64,000 nt of DNA from Histomonas meleagridis 2922-C6/04-290x (taxonomy: Eukaryota > Protista > Parabasalia), in assembly GCA_020184695.1 (NCBI GenBank), contig JAANOX010000046.1, forward strand, positions 1 to 64,000, written 5' to 3'. Position numbers and translations under genes: made by a program. The notes under the pieces are model-generated. The model did not search any database. It had not been told where the DNA came from and saw only the letters and a program-made list of their open reading frames with translations. This document shows, in pieces, positions 11,611 through 23,283 of this stretch. Position 1 is the stretch's first letter, and each line of letters opens with the position of its first letter.

Positions 11611-12267
11611 ATGCAGGAAAACATAGAGACTACAAACACCCACATTCATTTTAAGCAAAAAGAAAGTACAAATAAAGAGTATGGTTTTCCACTACCGTTA
11701 GACATACCAGAAATTGTTAATCAACAAAATAATTTTGATGTGGAAAAAAGCGAAATATTATCAAACGATATGCTGTTTTTAAAGGATATTTCTTCAGAAA
11801 CACTTCATATGATTTTAGGAGGGTATTTGTGTACAAAATATATTTTACTTGATTGTAGGTCAGAATCTAAGTACAATAAAGGGCATATTTTAAATGCTAT
11901 TCGGGTCACAACAGAGATGGTCATTGAACTTTTCAACAAAGAATACAAGGATATCCCAATTGTAATATTATATTGCAATGATTCTACGATCCAAAGTAAA
12001 ATATGGGGGATACTCATTAGACAGTATGATAGAAGCTATCACAGTTACCCAATCTTAGCATTTCCCAAAATTTTATTGCTCAGAGGCGGCTACAAAGATT
12101 TTCGAAAGAAATATGCACACGAATGTTCTCATAGATATTTGAACTTTCATATCGAAACAAGTGTTGAGCAAGCACAAGTCCGAAAATTTAGCTTTAATCA
12201 ACAATTAGTTCAAATGAGCAATCGAATTTCGAAAGCAAAAAAATACCCATTGAGGTATTTACAATAA
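11611..12267 (+). CDS. Cdc25-like rhodanese-domain protein, active site degenerate
   Basis: LLDCR...Y..GHI.NA, IRQYDR..H.YP.L.FP.I.LL.GGY..F. The loop reads YCNDSTIQ instead of HCEFSSER. Confidence 0.8.
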   Translation: MQENIETTNTHIHFKQKESTNKEYGFPLPLDIPEIVNQQNNFDVEKSEILSNDMLFLKDISSETLHMILGGYLCTKYILLDCRSESKYNKGHILNAIRVTTEMVIELFNKEYKDIPIVILYCNDSTIQSKIWGILIRQYDRSYHSYPILAFPKILLLRGGYKDFRKKYAHECSHRYLNFHIETSVEQAQVRKFSFNQQLVQMSNRISKAKKYPLRYLQ

Positions 12268-12967
12268 CCTAACTTGGAGTTGGATTATTGCTATGCACGA
12301 GATTCATTCTTTAGTGAGTTCTTTTGGTTTTAATTAAAAATTGAGTGATTTTAAGCTTTTCAATTTATCACTTCACACTGGCATTTTCAAAGTTATCAAA
12401 TTTGAATTGATTTGGTTTTTCAAGTGAACAAAAAGGCTGTCGTCTCGAAATTGAGAAGAAATCCAATTTTTGAAACGCTTTTGAGTTCTGCCGCAGAAAA
12501 CGGTTTTTGCACAAAGACCGATACCAAAATGGTGTCAGCAATGGAAAAATTTTTCACATAAGCAATATGACCAGGCAAAATCTAATTAAAAACTTGCCGT
12601 AATTCAGCTTAATTTTATGGGCTAAGAAGAAATAGAATTTTTAAATTAAAAATAATGAAATGATATTAGCACAATGGAGTTATATAAATTAATTTATTGG
12701 TAAGATTATTAAAAACTTTTCATTGTAAATTTTCTGGTTAATTAAAATATATTAAAAATGGTATGAGTCAGATGAAATTTCAAAAAATATTTATGCATTT
12801 TCGGAATATTGTATTAAAATCATGAAAATTAGATTACTTTCTTTATCATGATAATTTTTGATTTGGTGTTTTGTTTGTTTATAAATGATTTCCTGTTCTT
12901 CACCTCAAAAACAACAAAACCGCATCAATCGATTAAAATGAATTCAATTTTTTAATTTTTTTGCTTT

Positions 12968-12980
12968 TCATTTCACTTTT
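12968..12980 (+). promoter_or_regulatory. Initiator (Inr)-like motif
   Basis: TCATTTCACTTTT immediately before the prolidase ATG. Similar TCA(C/T)T motifs precede the ATGs at 1521, 3535, 28392 and 53568, consistent with the trichomonad Inr. Confidence 0.55.
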
Positions 12981-12981
12981 A

Positions 12982-14358
12982 ATGTCAAATCAAGAAAATT
13001 GTCCTGTTCCAAAGCCTGAACTCTTTCAATACAATAGAAGAGAAGTCATCAAACGAATTGTTTCTGCAGGTGCAGAAGGAGCTGTTCTTATGTTTGGTTT
13101 TCCTGAACAAGGGCGTGTTTTAACAGATTATGACCCATACTTCCGACAAGAATCATATTTTTGGTACATGACAGGTGTTAACGAGCCTGATTGTGCCTTG
13201 TACATTGATATTAAAACAGGAAAATCAATACTATTTTATCAAGATGTACCACAAGAAATGGCAATTTGGTCTGGCGAGCAACCAACATTAGAAGAAATTC
13301 GAGTCAAGTATGGCTTTGATGAAATTTATCTTATTAATTCTCTTTCAGATTATGTTTCCAAGCAAAATCCAGCATTTCTCCACACAGCAGTTGAAAGCCT
13401 TGTAGTAGGCGACTTTAGGGTCACCACCGAATATCTTCTTGATGCCATTAATGAGCAGCGCCAAATCAAATCTGCCAATGAAATTGAACTTATTAAACAC
13501 AATGCCAAAATCAACTCCTTAGCCTACTCACGTGTTCTCCAAACCCTTCGTCCAGGCATGTATGAGTATGAAGTTGAAGGAGAGATGCAATATGTTTATT
13601 ATTCCCAGAACTGTCGTTATCCTCCGTTCCAACTTACCATCTGTAGTGGCGAGCTCTGTTCCATTCTCCATTACCACAAGAAATCTCGAAAAATCAATGA
13701 TGGCGATTTAGTATTAATTGATGCGGGCGGCGAATACTCAATGTATTGTTCAGACAACACACGAACATTTCCATCCAACGGTAAATATTCCGACGACCAA
13801 CGCCTTATCTACAATTCCGTCCTCGAAGCGCAAAAGGCAGTCATCCGCACTGCGAAGCCGGGCGTTTCATGGGTAGACATAGCGCTTCTCAGCGTCCGCG
13901 TCATGTGCGAGAACCTCATCAAGATCGGTCTTTTAAATGGCACCGTTGATGAGATCATGTCGCACCATATAATGTCTGTGTTCTATCCGCACGGCTTAGG
14001 CCACGGTCTCGGGCTTGATGTGCACGACGTCGCTGGTTGGCCGAAAGGCGTCGAGCGCCCGAAGGCGCCGCACATTGAGCACTTGAGATTCGGACGAGTG
14101 CTTGAGCCTGGAATGGTGCTCACTGTTGAGCCCGGATGTTACTTCATTCCGATGCTGTTTAACGAGGCACTGAATGACCCTGTGAAAGCGAAATTCATTA
14201 ATAAGGAAATGTGCTTGAGAATGCATAAGTCTGTGGGAGGAGTGAGAATTGAGGATGACATCCTGATCACTGAGGACGGGTGTGAGAATCTGTCCGAGGG
14301 AATACCGAAGGAAATTGAGGAAATCGAAGAGATAATGAGAAAGGCAAAGAATAATTAG
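12982..14358 (+). CDS. PEPD: Xaa-Pro dipeptidase (prolidase, M24B)
   Basis: FRQESYFWY.TGV.EP, LHY, LIDAG.EY..Y.SDNTRTFP.NGK, HGLGH.LGLDVHD, TVEPG.YF, GGVRIEDD. Confidence 0.95.
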   Translation: MSNQENCPVPKPELFQYNRREVIKRIVSAGAEGAVLMFGFPEQGRVLTDYDPYFRQESYFWYMTGVNEPDCALYIDIKTGKSILFYQDVPQEMAIWSGEQPTLEEIRVKYGFDEIYLINSLSDYVSKQNPAFLHTAVESLVVGDFRVTTEYLLDAINEQRQIKSANEIELIKHNAKINSLAYSRVLQTLRPGMYEYEVEGEMQYVYYSQNCRYPPFQLTICSGELCSILHYHKKSRKINDGDLVLIDAGGEYSMYCSDNTRTFPSNGKYSDDQRLIYNSVLEAQKAVIRTAKPGVSWVDIALLSVRVMCENLIKIGLLNGTVDEIMSHHIMSVFYPHGLGHGLGLDVHDVAGWPKGVERPKAPHIEHLRFGRVLEPGMVLTVEPGCYFIPMLFNEALNDPVKAKFINKEMCLRMHKSVGGVRIEDDILITEDGCENLSEGIPKEIEEIEEIMRKAKNN

Positions 14359-14696
14359 TAAAAATGAATTTGGTTTTATCGGCATGTTTTTGTGTTTTAA
14401 TTTTTGTGATTTAATTAAATCAAATAAAAGAAAGAGCCAGAAGTCAATTTCCGTTATTTACAATTACTTGAGCAAAAAGAGAAAGAGTTAAAGCTTATAA
14501 ATTATGAATTAACAGAAATTTTTACACACATTATTCACTTTTATTGAATTAAACCTAAAAGACACTCTGGTTAAACATTTGAAGGAATTTTAGCATGATT
14601 CTACAATAACTCTTTATTAGCTGTATCAAATAATTTAAATAATTTCCAAATATTATTTTGAAATATCAAATTATTTAAACAAATTTTAAATAAAAA

Positions 14697-15007
14697 ACAA
14701 GAAAATCAACATTTGATGCATTATCTCAATTTTATTCATTAATCGAACAGAAGACATAGCACTTATTCTTGTAAGGTATAAAAAAGATCTTATCAAAGAA
14801 GAATATCAATGTGATATGGATGAAATCAATGACTTTGCCAAGAAAATTGGAGCCAAATTTTATATCGAAACATCAGCAAAGACAGGTGATAACATTGTCG
14901 AGATGTACCATAAAGTTGTTGAACTTGACGGATTAAGTTATGAACCCGAAACAGCTGAATTTGTCGAAGTAAATGATGACCAATGTGAGAAAAAGCAATG
15001 CTGCTGA
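14697..15007 (+). pseudogene. 5'-truncated, frameshifted Rab-family GTPase
   Basis: TRKSTFDALSQFY, then a 1-nt shift to LILVRYKKDL (G4-like), IETSAKTG (G5) and a C-terminal CC prenylation motif. No P-loop found upstream. Confidence 0.7.
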
Positions 15008-15504
15008 GTAAAAGAAAAAAGTATACGTGTTAAACTGAGCAAATTATATTGTAATTTGTTTAGAATTTTCTCATTATTATATTAATACAAAATTCCTTGT
15101 TAGAAATAGATCTATACATCAAATATCACATCGATCAAATCACAAATTCAAACAAATTTTCTGTGATGACCTGTTTTTTCATCAACCTGAGCGTTGCTTT
15201 TTCTTGTGTTACTTTTTGTATATTCTAGGTGATTCTGGATCATATGCTGAACCAGATTCCATTAATTGTAAAAGGTATTTATTGAACTATACGAAAACGT
15301 ATAGATTATCATATTACCATATGGTTGAGTTGGAACTATTCTTTTCATGATAAAAATAAGTTGAGTTCAAAATATTCAAGTAGAGTTCAAAATTCTCTGT
15401 ACCTCGCTATCGGATTATGCCTATCGTATGACATTTTTTTTGGTACTGACAATTGTATTTTCTCACAAATATTATGGACAGGGTTGTGAAACATTATTTA
15501 ATTG

Positions 15505-17945
15505 ATGGAACTTTCCAAATCATTAGAATCAATTGTCTTTAATCTCAACGAAAAAAATTTCGAAACATCAGTTCAAGCAACAATTAATTTATTTGTAGAT
15601 AGGCTGCCATATACATTTAACTATCTTGTTTCTAGGCTTATTTATTCAGCTTTTGTTTCTCAATCAAATAATGAATATATATATATTAAATATTTATTAA
15701 CTTTAAAAGAAAAAGAAGATGAAAAAGATAAAAACATAGGTGAACCTAAAGCCAATCTTGTTCAAATCTTTTATGAATATTTACTGAGAATAGAAAAGCA
15801 AGAATCATATTTCCTTCTTGAAAAGATGATAGAAGAAGAAATAATTGAACCATCTTCAGTAATGAACATGAACACATTATATTTTTCACAATATAAAACA
15901 AAAGAAGAAATAAATGAATTAAAGAACAAATATCCAAAACCACAATTCCTTGAAGAATTCATCTCAGCACTTGGTGAATTATCAAAAGATGATTGGAAGC
16001 TTCATATGCAATATGTAAAAGAAGGAGTTAACCCATTAGAAATTGCAAAAGTACTTCGAAATGATGATTTAGAAAAGCTTCAAGAAATATCATCACATAA
16101 TGAATTTGACTTTAACCACATAGTTAGGCCATCACTTTATGAAAGATGTTCATTTATTAATACTAAAAATGTTACATTAATTGATTATTGTGCATTTTTT
16201 GGTTCGATTAAATGTTTTAAATATTTGTTATTAAATAATTCGAATATCAAAAATACATCTAAATATGCAATTGCAGGTGGAAACTTAGAAATTATTCATT
16301 TATGTGAACAAAATAATTCATCATTTACAGAAGCATATGAAACAGCAATAGAATTTCATCGAAATGAAATTTTTCATTATCTTTATGAAAATAAAATTGG
16401 AAAATTTTCATCATCAAACTCTTCTTTTACAAAATCGAATTCTGATTTCGAAAATCAAGATAATTATAATTTAAGTGAAGAAAATTTAATATATCTTGGG
16501 AAAAAATGTGTAGAATTTAATAATTATGAAATCTTCTCGTTTTTAGAAAAAGAAGGAATCAAAATAAATAATGAAATTATAGAAGAAATAGCATCAAAAG
16601 GAAATACATTTGTAATAGAAAGTGATATAGAAAGTCAACAAATTCCAAAAACAATTTTACCATATTCAGTTAAATCAGGAAATATAGAAATAGTAAAATT
16701 ACTTTTAGATAAAGGAATTAATGTTAATGCAAATAATATTCATTTGAATAATTTAATATATGTTTTAATAATTTGGAATATGTTTTAATAATTTGAAACA
16801 TCACTTCATATAGCAGTTAAAAATAATAATATAAAAATAGTAAAATTACTTTTAGATAAAGGAATTGATGTTAATGCAAAATATATTCGTTTCAATAATT
16901 TGGAATATGTTTTAATAATTTGGAATATGTTTTAATAATTTTATATATGTATTAATAATTTAGAATATGTTTTAATAATTTGAAACAGTACTTCATATAG
17001 CAGTTAAAAATAATAATATAGAAATAGTAAAATTACTTTTAGATAAAGGAATTGATGTTAATGCAAAAAATATTAATTTGAATAATTTTATATATGTTTT
17101 AATAATTTGATATATGTTTTAATAATTTGGAACATGTTTTAATAATTTGGGGCAGCACTTCATATAGCAGTTAAAAATAATAATATAGAAATAGTAAAAT
17201 TACTTTTAGATAAAGAAGGAATTGATGTTAATGCAAAAAATATTCATTTGATTAATTTAAAATATGTTTTAATAATTTAGAATATGTTTTAATAATTTGG
17301 AATATGTTTTAATAATTTTATATATGTATTAATAATTTAGAATATGTTTTAATAATTTGAAACAGCACTTCATATAGCAGTTAGAAATAATAATATAGAA
17401 ATAGTAAAATTACTTTTAGATAAAGAAGGAATTGATGTTAATGCAAAAACTATTCATTTTAATAATTTGAAATATGTTTTAATAATTTTATATATGTTTT
17501 AATAATTTCATATATGTTTTAATAATTTAATATATATTTTAATCATTTGGAATATGTTTTAATAATTTTATATATGCTTTAATAATTTGGAATATGTTTT
17601 AATAATTTGGAACATCACTTCATATAGCAGTTGAAAACAATAATATAGAAATAGTAAAATTACTTTTAGATAAAGGAATTGATGTTAATGCAAAATATAT
17701 TCATTTGAATAATTTGGAATATGTTTTAATAATTTTTAATATGTTTTAATAATTTGAAATATGTTTTGATAATTTTGGATTTATTTTAATAATTTGTAAT
17801 ATGTTTTCATAATTTTATATATGTTTTAATAATTTGAAATATGTTTTAATAATTTGAAACAGCACTTCATATAGCAGTTAGAAATAATAATATAGAAATA
17901 GTAAAATTACTTCGGAACAAAAATTCGAATTGTATTCTTTTATGA
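15505..17945 (+). CDS. DUF3447-type ankyrin protein, locus 1 (ORF to 16788, then 6 ankyrin units separated by codon+17-nt arrays)
   Basis: LIDYCAFFGSIKCFKYLLLN...AIAGGNLEII...AIEFHRNEIF domain. T-(A/S/V)-LHIAV units start at 16798, 16985, 17152, 17362, 17612 and 17859; final stop TGA at 17943. Confidence 0.8.
16735..17858 (+). repeat. Higher-order array: ankyrin units alternating with 3,5,4,6,8,8 copies of a 20-nt block (NNN + ATATGTTTTAATAATTT)
   Basis: Distances from the hairpin first codon to the Thr codon are 63, 103, 83, 123, 163 and 163 nt, i.e. 3+20n. Confidence 0.95.
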
Positions 17946-18646
17946 ACATCAAATCTTTGAAGGCTTTAAATTTATTTGTTTAAATTTTTTCATTCATATA
18001 AACAAATGATTTTTATATGAAAAATCTATATTTTTCATGTAGCCATTGAGTTAAGAATCAATAATTATTCTGAGAAGAACAATTTTTTAAACGTGCAATG
18101 TACCTTCCAAAACATATAAACCACAGAAAAATAAAAACTAAAATATCTAAAAACTCAGCTGAGTCAGCAATAGCTTCTTGATATGAATTTTTTCTGGATG
18201 TGATGAATGGCGCTTCCAGATTTGAAAGGAATTGAATCTTTCGATGAGTATTTTACCTGGATCGAAAATTCTTATAATTTCTTATAATTTTAATATGATA
18301 TTAGTACAAAGGCTGGGTTCATGAGTACTTAAAGATGTTTTTATAAATTTAAAGCGGATGAATTATTAGTTATCATAAATCTGAATAAATAATCAAATCC
18401 AATTTTTTTCGAATTTAAATGTATTTCGAAAATTATGGTTTTATTCATATATTCATTAGATCCATTATTAATAATTTGATTTCAAGATCTCTATCAATTA
18501 TTTTGAGCTATTATTGGGGTATCTTTATCCACTATAATAATTACATTAATTTCATGAGTATTTTACCTGTTTTTGCTGAATGATCAAGGAAAATATTTCT
18601 ATCGTTCTCTATCGTCATAACGATAACAAAGTACTTTGTTATAAGC

Positions 18647-18766
18647 TTTTGTCACTTTTAAAAATGAAAAAATTAATTTATCTTGACTTATCATGAATAT
18701 TATTTAGTATTTATATTATTAAATCAGAACATCAATTATGTACATATATTATATATTCTTAATGAT
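18647..18766 (+). repeat. Diverged direct repeat, copy 1 (copy 2 at 19724-19836)
   Basis: Shared TTTTGTCACTTTT.AAAATGAAAAAAT.AATTTATCT...TATGTA.ATATATTATATATT. Confidence 0.7.
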
Positions 18767-19723
18767 TAGTTCTGATATCTTCCCAGTATAACTACGGCGA
18801 TATTTGCGAAACAAGTATCCCCGAAGTACATTAGTACTTGAATTAATTTTTATATATTTCAAAATGATACAAAATAAAAGATAATAAATAATTTCCATAT
18901 GAATATTCATAAAAGCTAGCAAAAATTTTTTTCTCGGTCAGTCGATATCATTTTACATGTTCAAGCGGTTCGAAGTCAAATTTGAATGAATGAACAAATA
19001 AAAATCACTCAATCAGCTCGTATCGTTCTCAAAAACAAAGCTAGCATTAGCAACTGTGGTATTGACTAATATACGGAGAAATGGAGAAATCAACATCATT
19101 ACATAGAATTTCAAATAAGTTGAAAAATGTAATAAATTTAAAATTTGCAAGCACATGAGTATTATGAGATAAAAGGAATTGATAAATGTAACTCAAGCTC
19201 GTTTTTTAAAAATCAATTGCTAATTAAATATGTTCATAAAATTATTAAATTAGATTGAACATTTTTAGAAAATACGAAAATTGAGAAAAAAAAATGCAAT
19301 TGATAAATTCAAGAATATGTACTTATACAGAAATAATTTTATTAACCATTGATTATTAATCAGGTTAAATAAGTATATCATTAAAGTTTTTTGAAATTTA
19401 TTATATTATTTATTTTTTCATTAAAAATAAATTAATTTCAAGAAAATCAAGATTTGATATAATTATTTGGAATAAATAACAAATCACGCTTTTATGAATA
19501 AATTTCATCAATTTTATTTCTTAACAAACCATAGATCATTTGATTTGGCTGCCATCATCACAATAATAATGATAGAAAGAAATAAAGCATAGAAATTCAA
19601 GACACTTTTCGAATATAAATAACGTATTTTTTGATTCAATAGTAAAAATTTGATGATATTTACCATCATTCAAGTTTGCTTCTATCGGTATTTATCGTTC
19701 GATATAAACCATGCAAAAGTCGA

Positions 19724-19836
19724 TTTTGTCACTTTTTAAAATGAAAAAATAAATTTATCTCTTGCTAATCATAATATAATTCTTAGATTTATATTAATCA
19801 TAGATGCAACTATGTATATATATTATATATTAATGA
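19724..19836 (+). repeat. Diverged direct repeat, copy 2
   Basis: Aligns by eye to 18647-18766. Confidence 0.7.
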
Positions 19837-20000
19837 TATCAAGATCGTAGGTTGATCGCTATATACGTTCGTCCAAAATATCAAGTAGAGTTTAATATAT
19901 TGCAAATTAAAATAAATATCTTCAGCATTTTGAGAAATTTATTACAAAAATGTGAACCCGATAACGATCATAAAGTTATCAATTACAAAACAAGCTCCAT

Positions 20001-21167
20001 ATGACTGAATTTCAGAATCTTTTGGGATCTCATGATTTAAACACGCGATTTCGTAGTGCTAACTTCATAACACTTCTTTTGACAACAGACCCAACAAAAG
20101 TTTTGGAAAATTTTGAAATATACTTATCTTTTTTTGAAAGTTTATTGGGAAATCAATCAAATAATTCTGTTTCTTTCTACCCAGTTTCCGAGTTATTAGC
20201 TATTTCACTTGCTTCCAACAAAGAAACTCTTTCAACAAAATCTATTATTTCCTTAGTTCAATATTTTTCTGATTTAATTATCTTAAAAGATAAAATTGGC
20301 ATAGGTGGTTTCACCTCAATTGTGTTTGATAAAGAATTATTTATAAATTCAATAGCCAACATTTTACAATCTCAAATTCCCTCTAATTGTTTTTATCCAC
20401 TTCTTCAAGTACTACTTTTTACTGAAAACTTAAAGGTATTAGCTCTTCTTCAAACTGACTCATCAAATCTTTCAACTTTCATTTCCAATAATCCATCTTC
20501 ACTTGAAACAACCATCAAAATTTGTCTTTCTTCTAATCCTTCTATTTCATCTTTTGCTTCCAGTATTGTTTCCTCTGTCATTAAATCAAATTCTCAATAT
20601 GTCAAATTCATATATCAATATTCCACATGTATCAAATCACATCCACTTTTCCCCAACAATGCTGACCTTCAGTTTCTTTATAATTCCATAATTACATCAC
20701 CAAATCCTGAAATTGATGATCTTCAATCTGATACAAATTACTTTTCACCATTCGCCAGATCTCTTCTAACACAGCAATCGTTCCAAAACATTACGTCTTA
20801 TGTTCCTAAAAAGAATTCAACGCACCGTAAGTCATCTGCAACATCTGAAAATTTCGAATCAGTTAAAAATGCGGACGCACATGCACTTAAGAAGTTAAGA
20901 GCAAAGGCACTGAAACGAACTGGATTAAGCGGACAAATGAAGCCGCGAATTGTTGAATATTATTCAGCTATTAAATGTCTGACTTGGAGAAGTGAGCAAA
21001 GCATAAGCTCAAGCGGAGTCATTTTCGTGGACAAAACAATGAAAATCGAGAAAAGTGGAAATAATTTGTATATTAAAACAATGGATGAGATACACACAAT
21101 ACAGTTCGAAAATCCAAAGATAATGGATGAATGGTACAGTGAAATTTTTGCATGTGCAAATCAATAA
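20001..21167 (+). CDS. Hypothetical protein, helical N-terminus and PH-like C-terminal domain
   Basis: 388-aa ORF; the C-terminal beta-rich segment ends in a ...MDEWYSEI helix typical of PH folds. Confidence 0.7.
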   Translation: MTEFQNLLGSHDLNTRFRSANFITLLLTTDPTKVLENFEIYLSFFESLLGNQSNNSVSFYPVSELLAISLASNKETLSTKSIISLVQYFSDLIILKDKIGIGGFTSIVFDKELFINSIANILQSQIPSNCFYPLLQVLLFTENLKVLALLQTDSSNLSTFISNNPSSLETTIKICLSSNPSISSFASSIVSSVIKSNSQYVKFIYQYSTCIKSHPLFPNNADLQFLYNSIITSPNPEIDDLQSDTNYFSPFARSLLTQQSFQNITSYVPKKNSTHRKSSATSENFESVKNADAHALKKLRAKALKRTGLSGQMKPRIVEYYSAIKCLTWRSEQSISSSGVIFVDKTMKIEKSGNNLYIKTMDEIHTIQFENPKIMDEWYSEIFACANQ

Positions 21168-21578
21168 AAATGTGGTTTTTTGTTCTGTATAATAAAAATA
21201 AATTTCAAACTGGGCAAGATTGAAGTTAAATAGAAATATCCTTGATTTTTATATAGTACCGGAAAGAAAAAATCAATAATATTTTTATTTTATGTACCCA
21301 AATTATAAAATGTGATAATTTTTATTAAATATTGTTAATAATTATTGTTGATATAAACCAATGAATTATATTCTTTTATTAACAAATATCAGTAATTCTT
21401 TGGAATAAATTTGTACATAAGGAAATTAAACTGGCTTCACTTTTTGAACAGGATTCTATAAAACCGATCGAAAAGTGCTACTAATTTTTATTTAACAACA
21501 AAACGATAGCCTTTTCTGTGAAAAACGATTTCCTGACCATTGAATTTATCTATCGTTAGTCCGGAGGCATTTGGTGTT

Positions 21579-22178
21579 TTAGTGTGTTTTGCATTTACTT
21601 TTATGTACTTTTTCGAGTTTAGGAGGAATGTAATCATCCGATAAAACAATGTCGAGTCCTGCGAAAAAGGCATCTTCGATGTGTTCATAATGGAAAGATG
21701 AGCACTCGATGTAAGCTCTTGCGCCGATGATATTTTTCACCTCTTCTATTTTGCTACGTGGGATAATGGAAAATTTCTTTTCATAATCTGATTGATTTTG
21801 ATATTCTTCGATAAGATCACTTTTCAGTCCAACTAAAACATATGGACGATTTGGGTAATGCTGTTCAATATTCGGCACGCAAACGTTTCGAATGAATTCT
21901 AATGATTGTAGTGAAACAACTGAAAAACAAAGCATGAAAATATCTGTTCCTGGGTAAGTTAATGGTAACCACGTCAAATAAGATTCGTCCCAAAGGCTAT
22001 TAAACAATGCTATTTTAATCAATTGATCTTTATATTCCAAAAGAACATCAGCTTCATCAAATCTTATAAGAGGTCTGTCTGGGGGCACTTTATTCGTATA
22101 TGTTAGCAAATATGTTTTCTTACCAACATCAGGCTTCCCAACAAATAAGAATTTGAATTTTCGGAGAACAGTCGACAT
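21579..22178 (-). CDS. Divergent Rho/Rac-family GTPase
   Basis: PL(T)YPGTDIFMLCFSV, LVGLKSDL, IGARAYIECS and a CaaX-like CKTH end. G1 reads GKPDVGKK, and the DTAG motif is absent. Confidence 0.85.
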   Translation of the reverse strand: MSTVLRKFKFLFVGKPDVGKKTYLLTYTNKVPPDRPLIRFDEADVLLEYKDQLIKIALFNSLWDESYLTWLPLTYPGTDIFMLCFSVVSLQSLEFIRNVCVPNIEQHYPNRPYVLVGLKSDLIEEYQNQSDYEKKFSIIPRSKIEEVKNIIGARAYIECSSFHYEHIEDAFFAGLDIVLSDDYIPPKLEKVHKSKCKTH

Positions 22179-23283
22179 TTGGATCCAAATTAACAGTCTT
22201 TCATACAGACGGTTATTGATCGTTATTTATTGAAAAATATTTAATGGATTTACACAAAAATGACATAAGTTTACAAAGTTATATTTGTTCTGATTATTTT
22301 GTAATATCAGATGAATAAATATTACGTAATAAGAATTGCTGTTTGATTAGGTAAGAATGTGGATAATTAATTAAAAGTTATATCTCGCTAACACATGTTT
22401 CATCAAATATTTTATTTATATGCCATTTAAATGTAGAGAAGTTTTGATAATTATTTCATACTTGGAAAATGAATTTGTATTTTTGTTAATAATTTGATCA
22501 TTTGCGAAGCTGGTTTATTTGTTTTATAACATTTATAACAAATGATTTAAAATCTTTAAGTAGTATTGTCTTGTGTCTTTTGATTGAAATAAATTTGAAA
22601 ATATTCCAATTGTTGCATTTTGGATATCATTTGGAATTCAACAATAATTGGTTTTAATGATGGATACACAGTTTTGTTCTTTTGATGATAACATCCAAAT
22701 TAAATTCAACAATGAAGTAAGTAAACTTCATTAGAACTGCAATAATCAATATTTAAACGTTTTAGCCATAAATCTTCAATTTGTTTTTAAGTTTCTAATT
22801 CAACATTTTCTTCTTGAATCTTTATTAATGAAGAATGATCATTTTTTAAGATTGTTTCTGATTGATTAACAAAATCTTATTTTCTTTTTTCGAACGTAAT
22901 GTCATTTTCTCCAATTCAGTGAGGTACATAATAAAGCATTAGCATTCGTCATGTACATTCATCAAAAATAAAAATGAAATAACATTCATTTAAAAGCAAA
23001 TTTAATTTCTTGACATGTGGTGTAAAATATAAATTGCAATTTCACAAAAAAATTAGTAAAACACGCCTGTTTTCATCAATGCTTTTGTAAAATTATTTTC
23101 ATAAAAGTCTTGGTGTTCAAAAATTATCAATAATTTCATTGTATATTTTCTTAAAAACTAGAATACAAATGGAAAGCAACATTTCTATACTAGGAATTCA
23201 TTAATACAGAAGTAATGAGCTGATTTATTTTGTGTTTTCATGATTTTATGACGATAGAAATAAACCGAAAACTGCTATTCAAG

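Noticed and set aside
16735-17858. Each spacer as one AT-AC (U12-like) intron (ATATTCATTT...TTTTAAT...AC)
   Set aside because: Excision from the AT of the Asp/Asn codon to the AC of the Thr codon leaves 2 nt, shifting the frame and deleting the hairpin. The dinucleotides are also explained by the amino acids. The 3+17 parse fits all 15 spacers.
16735-17945. CRISPR-like repeat-spacer array
   Set aside because: The conserved units are ankyrin-coding, the spacers are themselves tandem blocks, and the context is eukaryotic with no cas genes.
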